From: Macrostomum lignano
Taxonomy: Eukaryota
Direction of reading: 5' to 3'
DNA: 64,000 nucleotides
Assembly (NCBI GenBank): GCA_002269645.1
Contig: NIVC01000019.1
Span: 620,001 to 684,000, forward strand
Shown here: piece after piece, positions 11,001 to 21,851 of the stretch
Position numbering within the stretch: position 1 is the stretch's first letter
Layout of the letters: every line of letters starts with the position of its first letter
Made by a program: the position numbers and the translations under genes
The notes under the pieces: model-generated
Told to the model about the DNA's origin: nothing
The model's input: only the letters and a program-made list of their open reading frames with translations
Database searches by the model: none

Positions 11001-14000
11001 ATATCTATAGCTATAGTGAAACTCCAATAGTGTTATGATTACATTTTTGTGTATACTACTGTACCAACAAACCATTTTTAGTATATTGGATTCTTTATTT
11101 CAATCAAAACATATATAAATGATATCTTACCCAAAATCAATAACAAATGTTAGTAAGTAAATTAGTGAGTAAACAGCAGTTTCCATGTCAGCATATTTTT
11201 TACTTGTTAGTTTCTGATTATAGACCTAATAAATTATAGGAAATTATAAGAATTATAAGAATAAATGAATCACTCCATACTCCATACAGGCCAAGCAACA
11301 TCGCTGGTATCAGTGGCAGCGGCAGGATCAACAGCCGCCATGCCAGTCAGCTGCCTGGCCCGCAGGCGGCTGCACAGCTCGCGGCAGCTGTTGAAACGGG
11401 ACTACTACGAAGTGTTGGGAGTCGGCCGGCAGGCCAACCAGAAGGACATCAAGAAGGCCTACTATGATTTGGCTAAGAAGCACCACCCGGATGTCAATAA
11501 GAATGATCCAACTGCCGCTAAGAGGTTCCAAGAGGTATCCGAGGCCTATGAGGTCTTGTCTGACGAGTCCAAGCGTAAACAGTACGACACCTTCGGCATG
11601 CACGGCCCCCAGGGACAGCAGCACCCTGGAGGTGGCGGCGGCGGCGGTGGTGGCTTCTCTGGCTTTGAGAACTACCAGGGTTCCATTGATCCCGAGGAAC
11701 TGTTCCGCCGCATATTCAGGTTTAATTAAAATCTATATTCGAATTGTTCTTCAGGTGTGGCTGTCCCTATACATCAGATTTTTCAGGTGTAGCTGTCCTT
11801 ATCCATCAGATTCTTCAGGTTTGGCTGTCCCTCTCCCTCAGATTCTTCAGGTGTGGCTGTCCCTATACATCAGATTCTTCAGGTGTGGCTGTCCCTATCC
11901 ATCAGATTTTTCAGGTGTGGCTGTCCCTATCCATCAGATTTTTCAGGTGTGGCTGTCCCTATTCATCAGATTCTTCAGGTGTGGCTGTCCCTATCCATCA
12001 GATTCTTCAGGTGTGGCTGTCCTCCTCCATCAGATTCTTCAGGTGTGACTATCCCTATACATCAGATTCTTCAGGTGTGGCTGTCCCTATCCATCTGATT
12101 CTTCAGGTGTGGCTGTCCCTATCCATCTGATTCTTCAGGTGTGGCAATCCCTATCCCTCAGATTCTTCAGGTGTGGCTATCCCTATCCATCTGATTCTTC
12201 AGGTGTGGCAGTCCCTATCCCTCAGATTCTTCAGGTGTGGCAGTCCCTATCCATCAGAATCTTTAACTAACATTATCTCAGAATTGTCAGTCTTCTTATA
12301 GCCTTATCCTTTATCCCGAATCCACTCTGCAGAGACGCTGGCTTCGACTTCGGTCGAGGCGGTGGCGGCGGCCGCGGCGGCGCCGGAGGGCCGGGAGCGG
12401 CGGAAAACATCTTCGGCTTTGCACCGGCAAGGTAAAATTCACTCCTTGTTTGGCTTTCGAAGATGCAATCTGAATGACCTGAACCTGAACTAACCCGGCC
12501 AATTATTCAGGGAGGTGACGCTGAATCTCACCTTCGAGGAGGCGGCTCGCGGCGTCAACAAAGAGGTGACAGTTGGGGTCAAGGACACCTGCGTCAGGTG
12601 CTCGGGCAGCGGCAGCGAGCCGGGATCGAAGCCAATGGTCTGCCCGCAGTGCAACGGCACCGGCATGGAGTCGCTAACCACTGGCGCTTATTTTATGCGA
12701 ACAACCTGCCGCAGATGCGGCGGCGCCAGGCAGATTGTTAAAAATCCCTGCGTAGATTGTCGGGGCGCCGGACAGACTACTCAGCGAAAGCGACTCGTCA
12801 TACCTGTACCTGCTGGGGTCGAGGCTGGGCAGACACTGCGAGTTCCCGTTGGGCGGCAAGAGATCTGGGTCAATATCCAGGTGAGTCAGGGTTTTCTGGG
12901 TCTGGGTCACTATCCAGGTGAGTCAGGGTTTTCTGGGTCTGGGTCACTATCCAGGTGAGTCAGGGTTTTCTGGGTCTGAGTCATTATCCAGATAAGTTTT
13001 GCTGGGTCTGGGTAAAGGTTGTTGTCTATCTGGGTCAGGGTTGGTGCTTTTTTGGGTTAGGGTTGGTTCTTATCTGGGTCAAGATTGTTGTCTACCTGGG
13101 TCAGGGTTGGTGCCGATCTGGGTCAGGGTTGGTGCCTACCTGGGTCAGTTATTCCGATTCACTATGCGACTTTCGTCCGCCCGCAGGTGGAGCGGAGCCG
13201 GAACTTCCGCCGTGAAGGCGCGGACATCCACTCGGACGTGGACGTGTCAATCAGCCAGGCGGTGCTTGGTGGTAAAGTGCGGGTACCGGGACTCTACGAG
13301 GACCTGACCATCGCTATCCCGCCGGGCACCGGGTCGCATGAGCGAATCCGCCTGCCGGGCAAGGGCATCGCCAGGTTCAACTCCTTCGGCTACGGCGATC
13401 ACTACATTCACGTGCGGGTCCGCGCCCCGCGCCGCCTCACGGAGGCTCAGCGCGCCCTCATGCTTGGATTCGCCGAATTCGAGGGTCCTGCAGACCGGAC
13501 AAGGGGCAGCGTTGACGGGGTGACTCAGGCGCCCGAGTCTGGTAGGTGAAGGGGGAGTTGAAAGTCTTTGTTCCCATTGTAGAAATCCCATATCAGTCTT
13601 TGTTCCCAGTGTAGAAATCCCATATCAGTCTTTGTTCCCAGTGTAGAAATCCCATATCAGTCTTTGTTCCCAGTGTAGAAATCCCATATCAGTTTTTGTT
13701 CCCAGTGTAGAAATCCCATATCAGTCTTTGTTCCCAGTGTAGAAATCCCATATCAGTCTTTGTTCCCAGTGTAGAAATCCCATATCAGTCTTTGTTCCCA
13801 GTGTAGAAATCCCATATCAGTCTTTGTTCCCAGTGTAGAAATCCCATATCAGTCTTTGTTCCCAGTGTAGAAATCCCATATCACTCTTTGTTCCCATTGT
13901 AGAAATCCCATATCAGTCTTTGTTCCCAGTGTAAAAATCCAATATCAGTCTTTGTTCCCATTCTGGAAATCCGGTGCCAGTCTTTGTTTGTTTCCAGTGT

Positions 14001-14722
14001 AGAAATCCGGTGCCAGTCTTTGTTTGTTTCCAATGTAGAAATCCGTTGCCAGTCTTTGTTCCCGATATAAGAGTCCCATATCAGTCTTTGTTCCCATTGT
14101 AGAAATCCCATATCAGTCTTTGTTCCCATTGTAGAAATCCCATATCAGTCTTTGTTCCCAGTGTAGAAATCCAATATCAGTCTTTGTTCCCATTCTGGAA
14201 ATCCGGTGCCAGTCTTTGTTTGTTTCCAGTGTAGAAATCCGGTGCCAATCTTTGTTCCTGATATAAGAATCCCGTATTAGTCTTTGTTCCCAGGTAGAAA
14301 TCCGGTGCCAGTCTTTGTTCCTAATTTTTATAATCCTCTTCAGTCTGTTCCGACGGTATTCTGTACTCTTAAATTCCATATTATAAGTTAAGCTCTGATT
14401 CGCAGATCCCTTTATTTGTTTGTTTTTAATTCTCAAAGCCTGTTTAAATTTGACAACCCCGCAAGTATTACTTGCAGTAGCGCATTGGCTACCCCAATAA
14501 TCCGGTTGTTCCGGCATTCCAGACGCCTTCCAAGCGATTGACACAACCGAGAGCTTTCTGTTATCGCAACTGAAGGCTGTCATTGTCCAGAACAACTTGG
14601 CGACTGCCGCGGTCAAGAAGGACAAGGGCGGCAAAGGAGAGGACAGACGGAAACCCGACAGCAGCGAGCCGGACTCCACCAGCAATTCTACTGAGAAGGC
14701 CAGCGCTTCGAAGAAGGGTTAA
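8051..14722 (+). CDS. DNAJA3: DNAJA3/Tid1 mitochondrial class-A J-domain co-chaperone
   Basis: Exons 8051-8090 (tentative, phase-compatible), 11290-11719, 12333-12431, 12511-12880, 13187-13541, 14523-14722. Targeting-like RRRLHSS, J domain DYYEVLGV...HPD, G/F region, four CxxCxGxG-type repeats, C-terminal GDHYIHV, and last exon [11 protein letters not shown] resembling the Tid1 tail. Confidence 0.92.
11745..12262. repeat. 32-bp minisatellite (DNAJA3 intron)
   Basis: TTCTTCAGGTGTGGCTGTCCCTATCCATCAGA tandem copies. Confidence 0.95.
12874..13150. repeat. 37-bp repeat containing the 5' splice site, then a degenerate GGGTCA-rich repeat
   Basis: TATCCAGGTGAGTCAGGGTTTTCTGGGTCTGGGTCAC at 12874, 12911, 12948 and (degenerate) 12985. 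Confidence 0.9.
13562..14320. repeat. 32-bp minisatellite (DNAJA3 last intron)
   Basis: CAGTCTTTGTTCCCAGTGTAGAAATCCCATAT tandem copies. Confidence 0.95.
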
Positions 14723-14769
14723 AATAACATTTTAGCCATCAATTTTATCATCATATTATTGTCTGTGCC

Positions 14770-15349
14770 CAGGGGTCGGCAGACTCCGGCCCGCGAAGCC
14801 TCTCTATCCGGCCCTCGGGTCCTTTGAGACTGCATGCACAAAAGCAATCCGGCCCGCTCAAGGCTTGTGTCTCTTCTCAGCTCTCTTCTCATTTTTTCTC
14901 TTTTCCTCTCTTCTCATTCCTCCTCTCCTCTCTTGTCCACTCTCTCCTCTTCTCTCTCTTCTCCTTTTCTCTCTCTCCTCTCCTCTCTCCTCTCTCCTCT
15001 TCTCTCTCTCTCCTCTCCTCTCCTCTCTCCTGTTCTCTTCTCCCCTCTCCTCTTCTCTCCTCTCTCCTCTTATCTCCTCCTCTCCTCTCTCCTGTTTTCC
15101 TCTCTCCTCTCCCCTCTCCTCTCTCCTCTTCTCTCCTCTCTCCTCTCCCCTCTCCTCTCCTCTCTCCTGTTCTCATCTCTCCTCTCCTCTCTCCTATTCT
15201 CTCCTCTCTCCTCTCTCCTGTTTTCCTCTCTCCTCTCCCCTCTCCTCTCTCCTCTTCTCTCCTCTCTCCTCTCCCCTCTCCTCTCCTCTCTCCTATTCTC
15301 TCCTCTCTCCTCTCCCCCTCCTTAAGGCAAGAAAGTTTTCCGGCCCCTG
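14770..15349. mobile_element. hAT/Charlie-like non-autonomous element filled with a CT-rich tract
   Basis: Begins CAGGGGTCGGCAGACTCCGGCCCGCG, a typical Charlie-type end, and ends TTTTCCGGCCCCTG. Flanks gtctgtgc(c) and gtctacgc are compatible with a decayed 8-bp TSD. Confidence 0.6.
14870..15320. repeat. CT-rich polypyrimidine tract
   Basis: Almost exclusively C/T on the + strand. Confidence 0.93.
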
Positions 15350-15679
15350 GTCTACGCTATTAATTCTGTTTGTTAGTCGAATTCAGTTGCAAGTTATATT
15401 TGAAACATCTGCTCCTCAACTGGCAGTTCTGCAGACCCATTTAGATCTGTTTGTGTTTTTTAATCATAGCTGAACAAAATAAACAAATAATAGAGCGGGT
15501 CGCCACATCAGTTTGTGTTGACACTGTAGAAGCTTTATTGTTGTTTGGCAAATAATTGATTGCATCTTCCTTATTTTTGTGATGATTAATAACTGCAGTT
15601 TGACGTGTTCTGCGTTTCTTATTTGCTTATTTGAGGTCTTAACAATCTGTCATTGTCAATAAGATGTCACAGTCAGCTG

Positions 15680-16030
15680 TGGCTCAGAATCTGTCACTGC
15701 TGTCAACTAGAGACTGTCAGCTGTGGCTCAAAATCTGTCACTGCTGTCAACTAGAGAATGTCAGCTGTGGCTCAGAATCTGTCAATACTGTCAACTAGAG
15801 TCTGTCAGCTGCTGCTCAGAATCTGTCAACTAGAGACTGTCAGCTGCTGCTCAGAATCTGTCAACTAGAGTCTGTCAGCTGCTGCTCAGAATCTGTCAAC
15901 TAGAGACTGTCAGCTGTTGCTCAGAGTCTGTCAACTAGAGGCTGTCAGAAGCTGTCAATACTGTAAACTAGAGGCTGTTAGCTGTGGCTCAGAATCTGCC
16001 AATGCTGTCAACTAGAGACTGTCAGCTGTA
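15680..16030. repeat. 35-bp minisatellite
   Basis: CTGTCAACTAGAGACTGTCAGCTGCTGCTCAGAAT and variants. Confidence 0.9.
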
Positions 16031-16123
16031 CATTTACATGGCTGATCATCGGTGATGTACATTTACATGCTCTCAATGACTGCACCGTACATGCAAGGTG
16101 CAATTATAAAATCAAAAGTCTGA

Positions 16124-16765
16124 TCAGAAGCTGTCAAAGCCGGCCCGCAATTCGTCCAGCGCCCAGTCGATGTCGGCTTCGAACAGGCGCCGAACCTCCG
16201 GAGTCCAGCAGCCGCTCTGGCCAAGGACTGCAGCCAGGGCCTCCAGGAATGGCCGCCGGATCAGGCCGAAGTGCTCCGGCTCGAAGCCGCAGAACAACCG
16301 GTGCGTCTTGCCGACGCTGCGAAGTCGCTCGGACGCGCTCGAATCGCAGCGGCGGTCTCCTTCGGCCGAGCCGCCGATTGCCAAGTCCAGCAGCTCCATC
16401 ACGGCCGCGGCGTGTCGGCGAAGCTGCGGATTCCCAGCGTCGATTTTGTCCTCGGTGGCGTAGAAGCTGCTGAACAAGCCCAGCAGGTCGGGGCGCCGCT
16501 GGAACAGGCGCAGGAACATGTCCACCCCGGTGTCGGTGAGGCGGCTCCGCACCACCGACCAGGCCGACCGCTGCTGGCTGCCGTCGTCATCGTCGATTTC
16601 GTCGTAGCCGTCGTCGTTCGTCTCCTCCGACGGCTCCAACGCTTCAACTTGGTGACTGTCGACGGAGTCGTCTTTGACCTGCCGGCGTTGCTGCTGTGCA
16701 TACAGAGGCCGATCGTGACAACTGACCGCTGCCGATGAGGCGGCAGAGGAGGCTGCGCAGCCCAT
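16124..16765 (-). CDS. Globin with N-terminal acylation motif (globin X-like membrane-anchored globin), intronless, 213 aa
   Basis: MGCAAS start (Gly2/Cys3/Ser6), acidic extension, then globin fold: MFLRLFQRRPDLLGLF (CD1 Phe), LRRHAAAVM (E7 His), VGKTH (F8 His), FEPEHF. Confidence 0.9.
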   Translation of the reverse strand: MGCAASSAASSAAVSCHDRPLYAQQQRRQVKDDSVDSHQVEALEPSEETNDDGYDEIDDDDGSQQRSAWSVVRSRLTDTGVDMFLRLFQRRPDLLGLFSSFYATEDKIDAGNPQLRRHAAAVMELLDLAIGGSAEGDRRCDSSASERLRSVGKTHRLFCGFEPEHFGLIRRPFLEALAAVLGQSGCWTPEVRRLFEADIDWALDELRAGFDSF

Positions 16766-17369
16766 TGTTCTTCTTTCAACTAAAAACTAGAAGGAAAAGC
16801 GCCGCCAAGAAGCCGCGTTGCTATGCAAATTCTCCATCGCTAAAAACGTTGTTTGGTCGAGAGAAAAAATTCTATTGCAAAAGCAAGCTTACAGTATGGG
16901 TATTGCTTGTGGAAGATTCCGTGCTCTGCTGTGTAGCTCAGCGATCGAGGATCCGAGAGCTGCGAATGCGGTGAGATGGTCCGTCTGCATTAATCCCAGA
17001 TTTCAGCAAGGGAGAAGCTGCCGTGAAACGGGAGATTTGAGGGGAGAGCCGGAGAGAAGGTCCCAATTTGTTAGAGCAGCAGAGCGAATTGAAGAAGCGC
17101 AGGTGGAGTGTTGGAGTATTGCACAGTACGTGATGAGGAAAACAGCAAATATCCGTGTTAATTATTTCTGAGGCTCTGTAGGGCAGGCAGGCATCGAGTG
17201 AAAAATATTTCGTGGCAACTGTGTGTCTTTCAGATTTTACCGGTGAAAATACATCCCAATTTCATTATAATTATCTTGTGTTTTTAGAGTCCTTTCTAGT
17301 TAGTCTGCTTTTTATTTAAATTCGCTTCTGATTTACTTTCATTTCAATCCTCATTACATCTTCATTCTG

Positions 17370-18070
17370 ATTCTCTCCCACTATCTGTCTTTATTCCCTT
17401 CTCAATCCCCCCGATTCTCTCCCACGATCTGTCTTAATTCCCCTCTCAATTACCCCCCCCCCCGATTCTCTCTCACTATCTGTCCTGATTCCCCTCTCAA
17501 TTCCCCCCCCGATTCTCTCCCACGATCTGTCCTAATTTCCCTCTGATTCTCTCCCACTATCTGTCCTAAAAGCCTCTGATTCTCTCCCACTATCTGTCCT
17601 AAAAGCCTGATTCTCTCCCACTATCTGTCCTAAAAGCCTCTGATTCTCTCCCACTATCTGTCCTAATTCCCCTCTGATTCTCTCCCACTATCTGTCCTAA
17701 TTCCCCTCTGATTCTCTCCCACTATCTGTCCTAAAAGCCTCTGATTCTCTCCCACTATCTGTCCTAAAAGCCTCTGATTCTCTCCCACTATCTGTCCTAA
17801 TTCCCCTCTGATTCTCTCCCACTATCTGTCCTAAAAGCCTCTGATTCTCTCCCACTATCTGTCCTAATTCCCCTCTGATTCTCTCCCACTATCTGTCCTA
17901 AAAGCCTCTGATTCTCTCCCACTATCTGTCCTAATTCCCCTCTGATTCTCTCCCACTATCTGTCCTAAAAGCCTCTGATTCTCTTCCACTATCTGTCCTA
18001 AAAGCCTCTGATTCTCTCCCACTATCTGTCCTAATTCCCCTCTGATTCTCTCCCACTATCTGTCCTAATT
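17370..18070. repeat. 33/34-bp minisatellite
   Basis: CTGATTCTCTCCCACTATCTGTCCTAA followed by AAGCCT or TTCCCCT. Confidence 0.93.
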
Positions 18071-18473
18071 CTTGTCCTAATTCTGCTTGTGAGTTTTTGT
18101 TAGAATAATTTCAGCTGTCGACCTTTATTTGCACCAAGCTCTCTATGAAACGTTAAGAGGATATTTTTAGCTTAGTAAAATAATTCACAGCTGATTTCAA
18201 CTGGTTGTTTCTCACGGGATGATTTCATTTTCCAAGAGGGACAAGACAAGGGTTAATCAAAGCTGAGCTCCCAGACAGACTTGGGCAGCCCGGGTGTTCT
18301 TTGCTGCATTGATTCTGGCTAGTTGCAGTGTTATGAGAAGATCAGGTAGGCCAATGTGTAACTGATACTTCAGCTAAATCAATAATTCCCGATGGCGAAC
18401 GGTTTCAGCTTCAGTTTTTTTCTGTGTGCTCAAATTGATTCGGACACCCAGCGGCTGAAAGTCAATGCAAGCG

Positions 18474-20432
18474 GAGAGTCACAACTGTAAAACTGAGAGA
18501 CTGAGAGTCACAACTGTAACACTGAGAGACTGAGAGTCACAACTGTAAAACTGAGAGACTGAGAGTCACAACTGTAACACTGAGAGACTGAGAGTCACAA
18601 CTGTAAAACTGAGAGACTGAGAGTCACAACTGTAACACTGAGAGACTGAGAGTCACAACTGTAAAACTGAGAGACTGAGAGTCACAACTGTAAAACTGGG
18701 AGACTGAGAGTCACAACTGTAAAACTGGGAGACTGAGAGTCACAACTGTAAAACTGAGGAGACTGAGAGTCACAACTGTAAAACTGAGAGACTGAGAGTC
18801 ACAACTGTAACACTGAGAGACTGAGAGTCACAACTGTAATACTGAGAGACTGAGAGTCACAACTGTAAAACTGAGAGACGGAGAGTCACAACTGTAAAAC
18901 TGAGAGACTGAGAGTCACAACTGTAATACTGAGAGACTGAGAGTCACAACTGCAAAACTGAGGAGACTGAGAGTCACAACTGCAAAACTGAGAGAAGACG
19001 GAGAGTCACAACTGTAAAATTGAGAGACTGAGAGTCACAACTGTAATACTGAGAGACTGAGAGTCACAACTGTAAAACTGAGAGACTGAGAGTCACAACT
19101 GTAAAACTGAGAGACTGAGAGTCACAACTGTAAAACTGAGGAGACTGAGAGTCACAACTGTAAAACTGAGAGGAGACTGAGAGTCACAACTGTAAAACTG
19201 GGAGGAGACTGAGAGTCACAACTGTAAAACTGAGAGGAGACTGAGAGTCACAACTGTAAAACTGGGAGGAGACTGAGAGTCACAACTGTAAAACTGGGAG
19301 ATGACGGAGAGTCACAACTGTAAAACTGAGAGACTGAGAGTCACAACTGTAAAACTGAGAGAAGACTGAGAGTCACAACTGTAAAACTGGGAGATGACGG
19401 AGAGTCACAACTGTAAAACTGGGAGGAGACTGAGAGTCACAACTGTAAAACTGGGAGATGACGGAGAGTCACAACTGTAACTGGGAGAAGACTGAGAGTC
19501 ACAACTGTAACTGGGAGAAGACGGAGAGTCACAACTGTAAAACTGGGAGATGACGGAGAGTCACAACTGTAAAACTGGGAGATGACGGAGAGTCACAACT
19601 GTAAAACTGAGAGAAGACTGAGAGTCACAACTGTAAAACTGGGAGATGACGGAGAGTCACAACTGTAAAACTGGGAGATGACAGAGAGTCACAACTGTAA
19701 CTGGGAGAAGACTGAGAGTCACAACTGTAAAACTGGGAGAAGACGGAGAGTCACAACTGTAACTGGGAGAAGACGGAGAGTCACAACTGTAAAACTGGGA
19801 GAAGACGGAGAGTCACAACTGTAAAACTGGGAGATGACGGAGAGTCACAACTGTAACTGGGAGAAGACGGAGAGTCACAACTGTAAAACTGGGAGAAGAC
19901 GGAGAGTCACAACTGTAAAACTGGGAGATGACGGAGAGTCACAACTGTAAAACTGGGAGATGACGGAGAGTCACAACTGTAAAACTGGGAGATGACGGAG
20001 AGTCACAACTGTAAAACTGGGAGAAGACTGAGAGTCACAACTGTAACTGGGAGAAGACGGAGAGTCACAACTGTAAAACTGGGAGAAGACGGAGAGTCAC
20101 AACTGTAACTGGGAGAAGACGGAGAGTCACAACTGTAAAACTGGGAGAAGACGGAGAGTCACAACTGTAAAACTGGGAGATGACGGAGAGTCACAACTGT
20201 AACTGGGAGAAGACGGAGAGTCACAACTGTAAAACTGGGAGAAGACGGAGAGTCACAACTGTAAAACTGGGAGAAGACGGAGAGTCACAACTGTAAAACT
20301 GGGAGATGACGGAGAGTCACAACTGTAAAACTGAGAGAAGACTGAGAGTCACAACTGTAAAACTGAGAGAAGACTGAGAGTCACAACTGTAACTGGGAGA
20401 AGACTGAGAGTCACAACTGTAACTGGGAGAAG
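18474..20432. repeat. About 2-kb 29-32-bp minisatellite
   Basis: GAGAGTCACAACTGTAAAACTGAGAGACT grading to GGAGAGTCACAACTGTAAAACTGGGAGATGAC. Confidence 0.96.
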
Positions 20433-21293
20433 AGTTGGCTCGTACAGTTTAAACTCGCGCCAGATTGTAGCAAACCCGGCAGACTGCAGCATTTTAAAAG
20501 CCATTCAATTGCCACACCAATTCAAATCGAACAAGCTGCTGCTGGCGTTCCTCTTCAGCGCTTTCATGGGGGGGGGGCTGCTGATTTTGCAACAAAACTG
20601 TTCCACCCTTGCCTCTGCTCGCCTCACTGCCACATGGGCGCGCAATTTTTAAAAAGGCCACAAAAACCACCCCGCCCTCTACAGCAGCACGCTGTCTTCT
20701 TCATCCGTTTTTAAGGGAATTTTTGAATCCGCGCACGGATCCCGCGGTTGGGGATAAGTTTGCTGCTACGGAAAACTTCACCGCGTCTTCTCTACCCGCG
20801 AATTGAACGAGCTCGGGGCCGGCAGCAGCGGCTTCAAAGACTTGGGTGGGCCGAGAGACGGAGGGGTTCGATTATAGGAAAAAATGTGGCGGAGAGGGCA
20901 GCAGAGAAGGTCCTGCCCCGCTGCCCGGGAACTGCTGGGGCCCCCCGGCCCGGCAACGATTCAATCCGGCGGGGGGCGGACGAGGCCGTTCGGGTTTCTG
21001 CGCACCGGGCTGGCGAGCGCGGACAAAGGAGAATAGTTTTACAACCGCGGTGGCTGGGACGAGAAAAAATAGGAGAATGGAGAGGGGGCGGGGTGGCGAA
21101 GATCCGGGAACTAAATTTAAGTCCCGACTGCGTCTGGACGAACGGCTGGTGACTTTTTCAGTGTTTTTCTTGCTGGCCTGGGGGGATTCCAGAGAACTCC
21201 GATGGTCGAGTTTGAGTACGGCTCTCTGCACGGCTGCGGCTGACCACTGCGCTGAGGTAGGCGGCTGCGATTCTTGGAATTCGGATCCAGGAC

Positions 21294-21648
<355 letters not shown>

Positions 21649-21851
21649 GCTACACACGGAGGGCAGAATTCTCTCATCAAAACTGCCAATAGAATTTCAC
21701 AGGAATTTTCTCCATAATTCTCTCTCTATCGGTAAGGAAACCGAAAAAGCAGTCACTCGCACTGCCGTTTCAGTTTGGAAAAAAAGAAATCGAACTTCGA
21801 AATTTGGCGCGTGCACTCCCGGTCCCGAGCTCTGCACAGCCCGCGCTCGCA

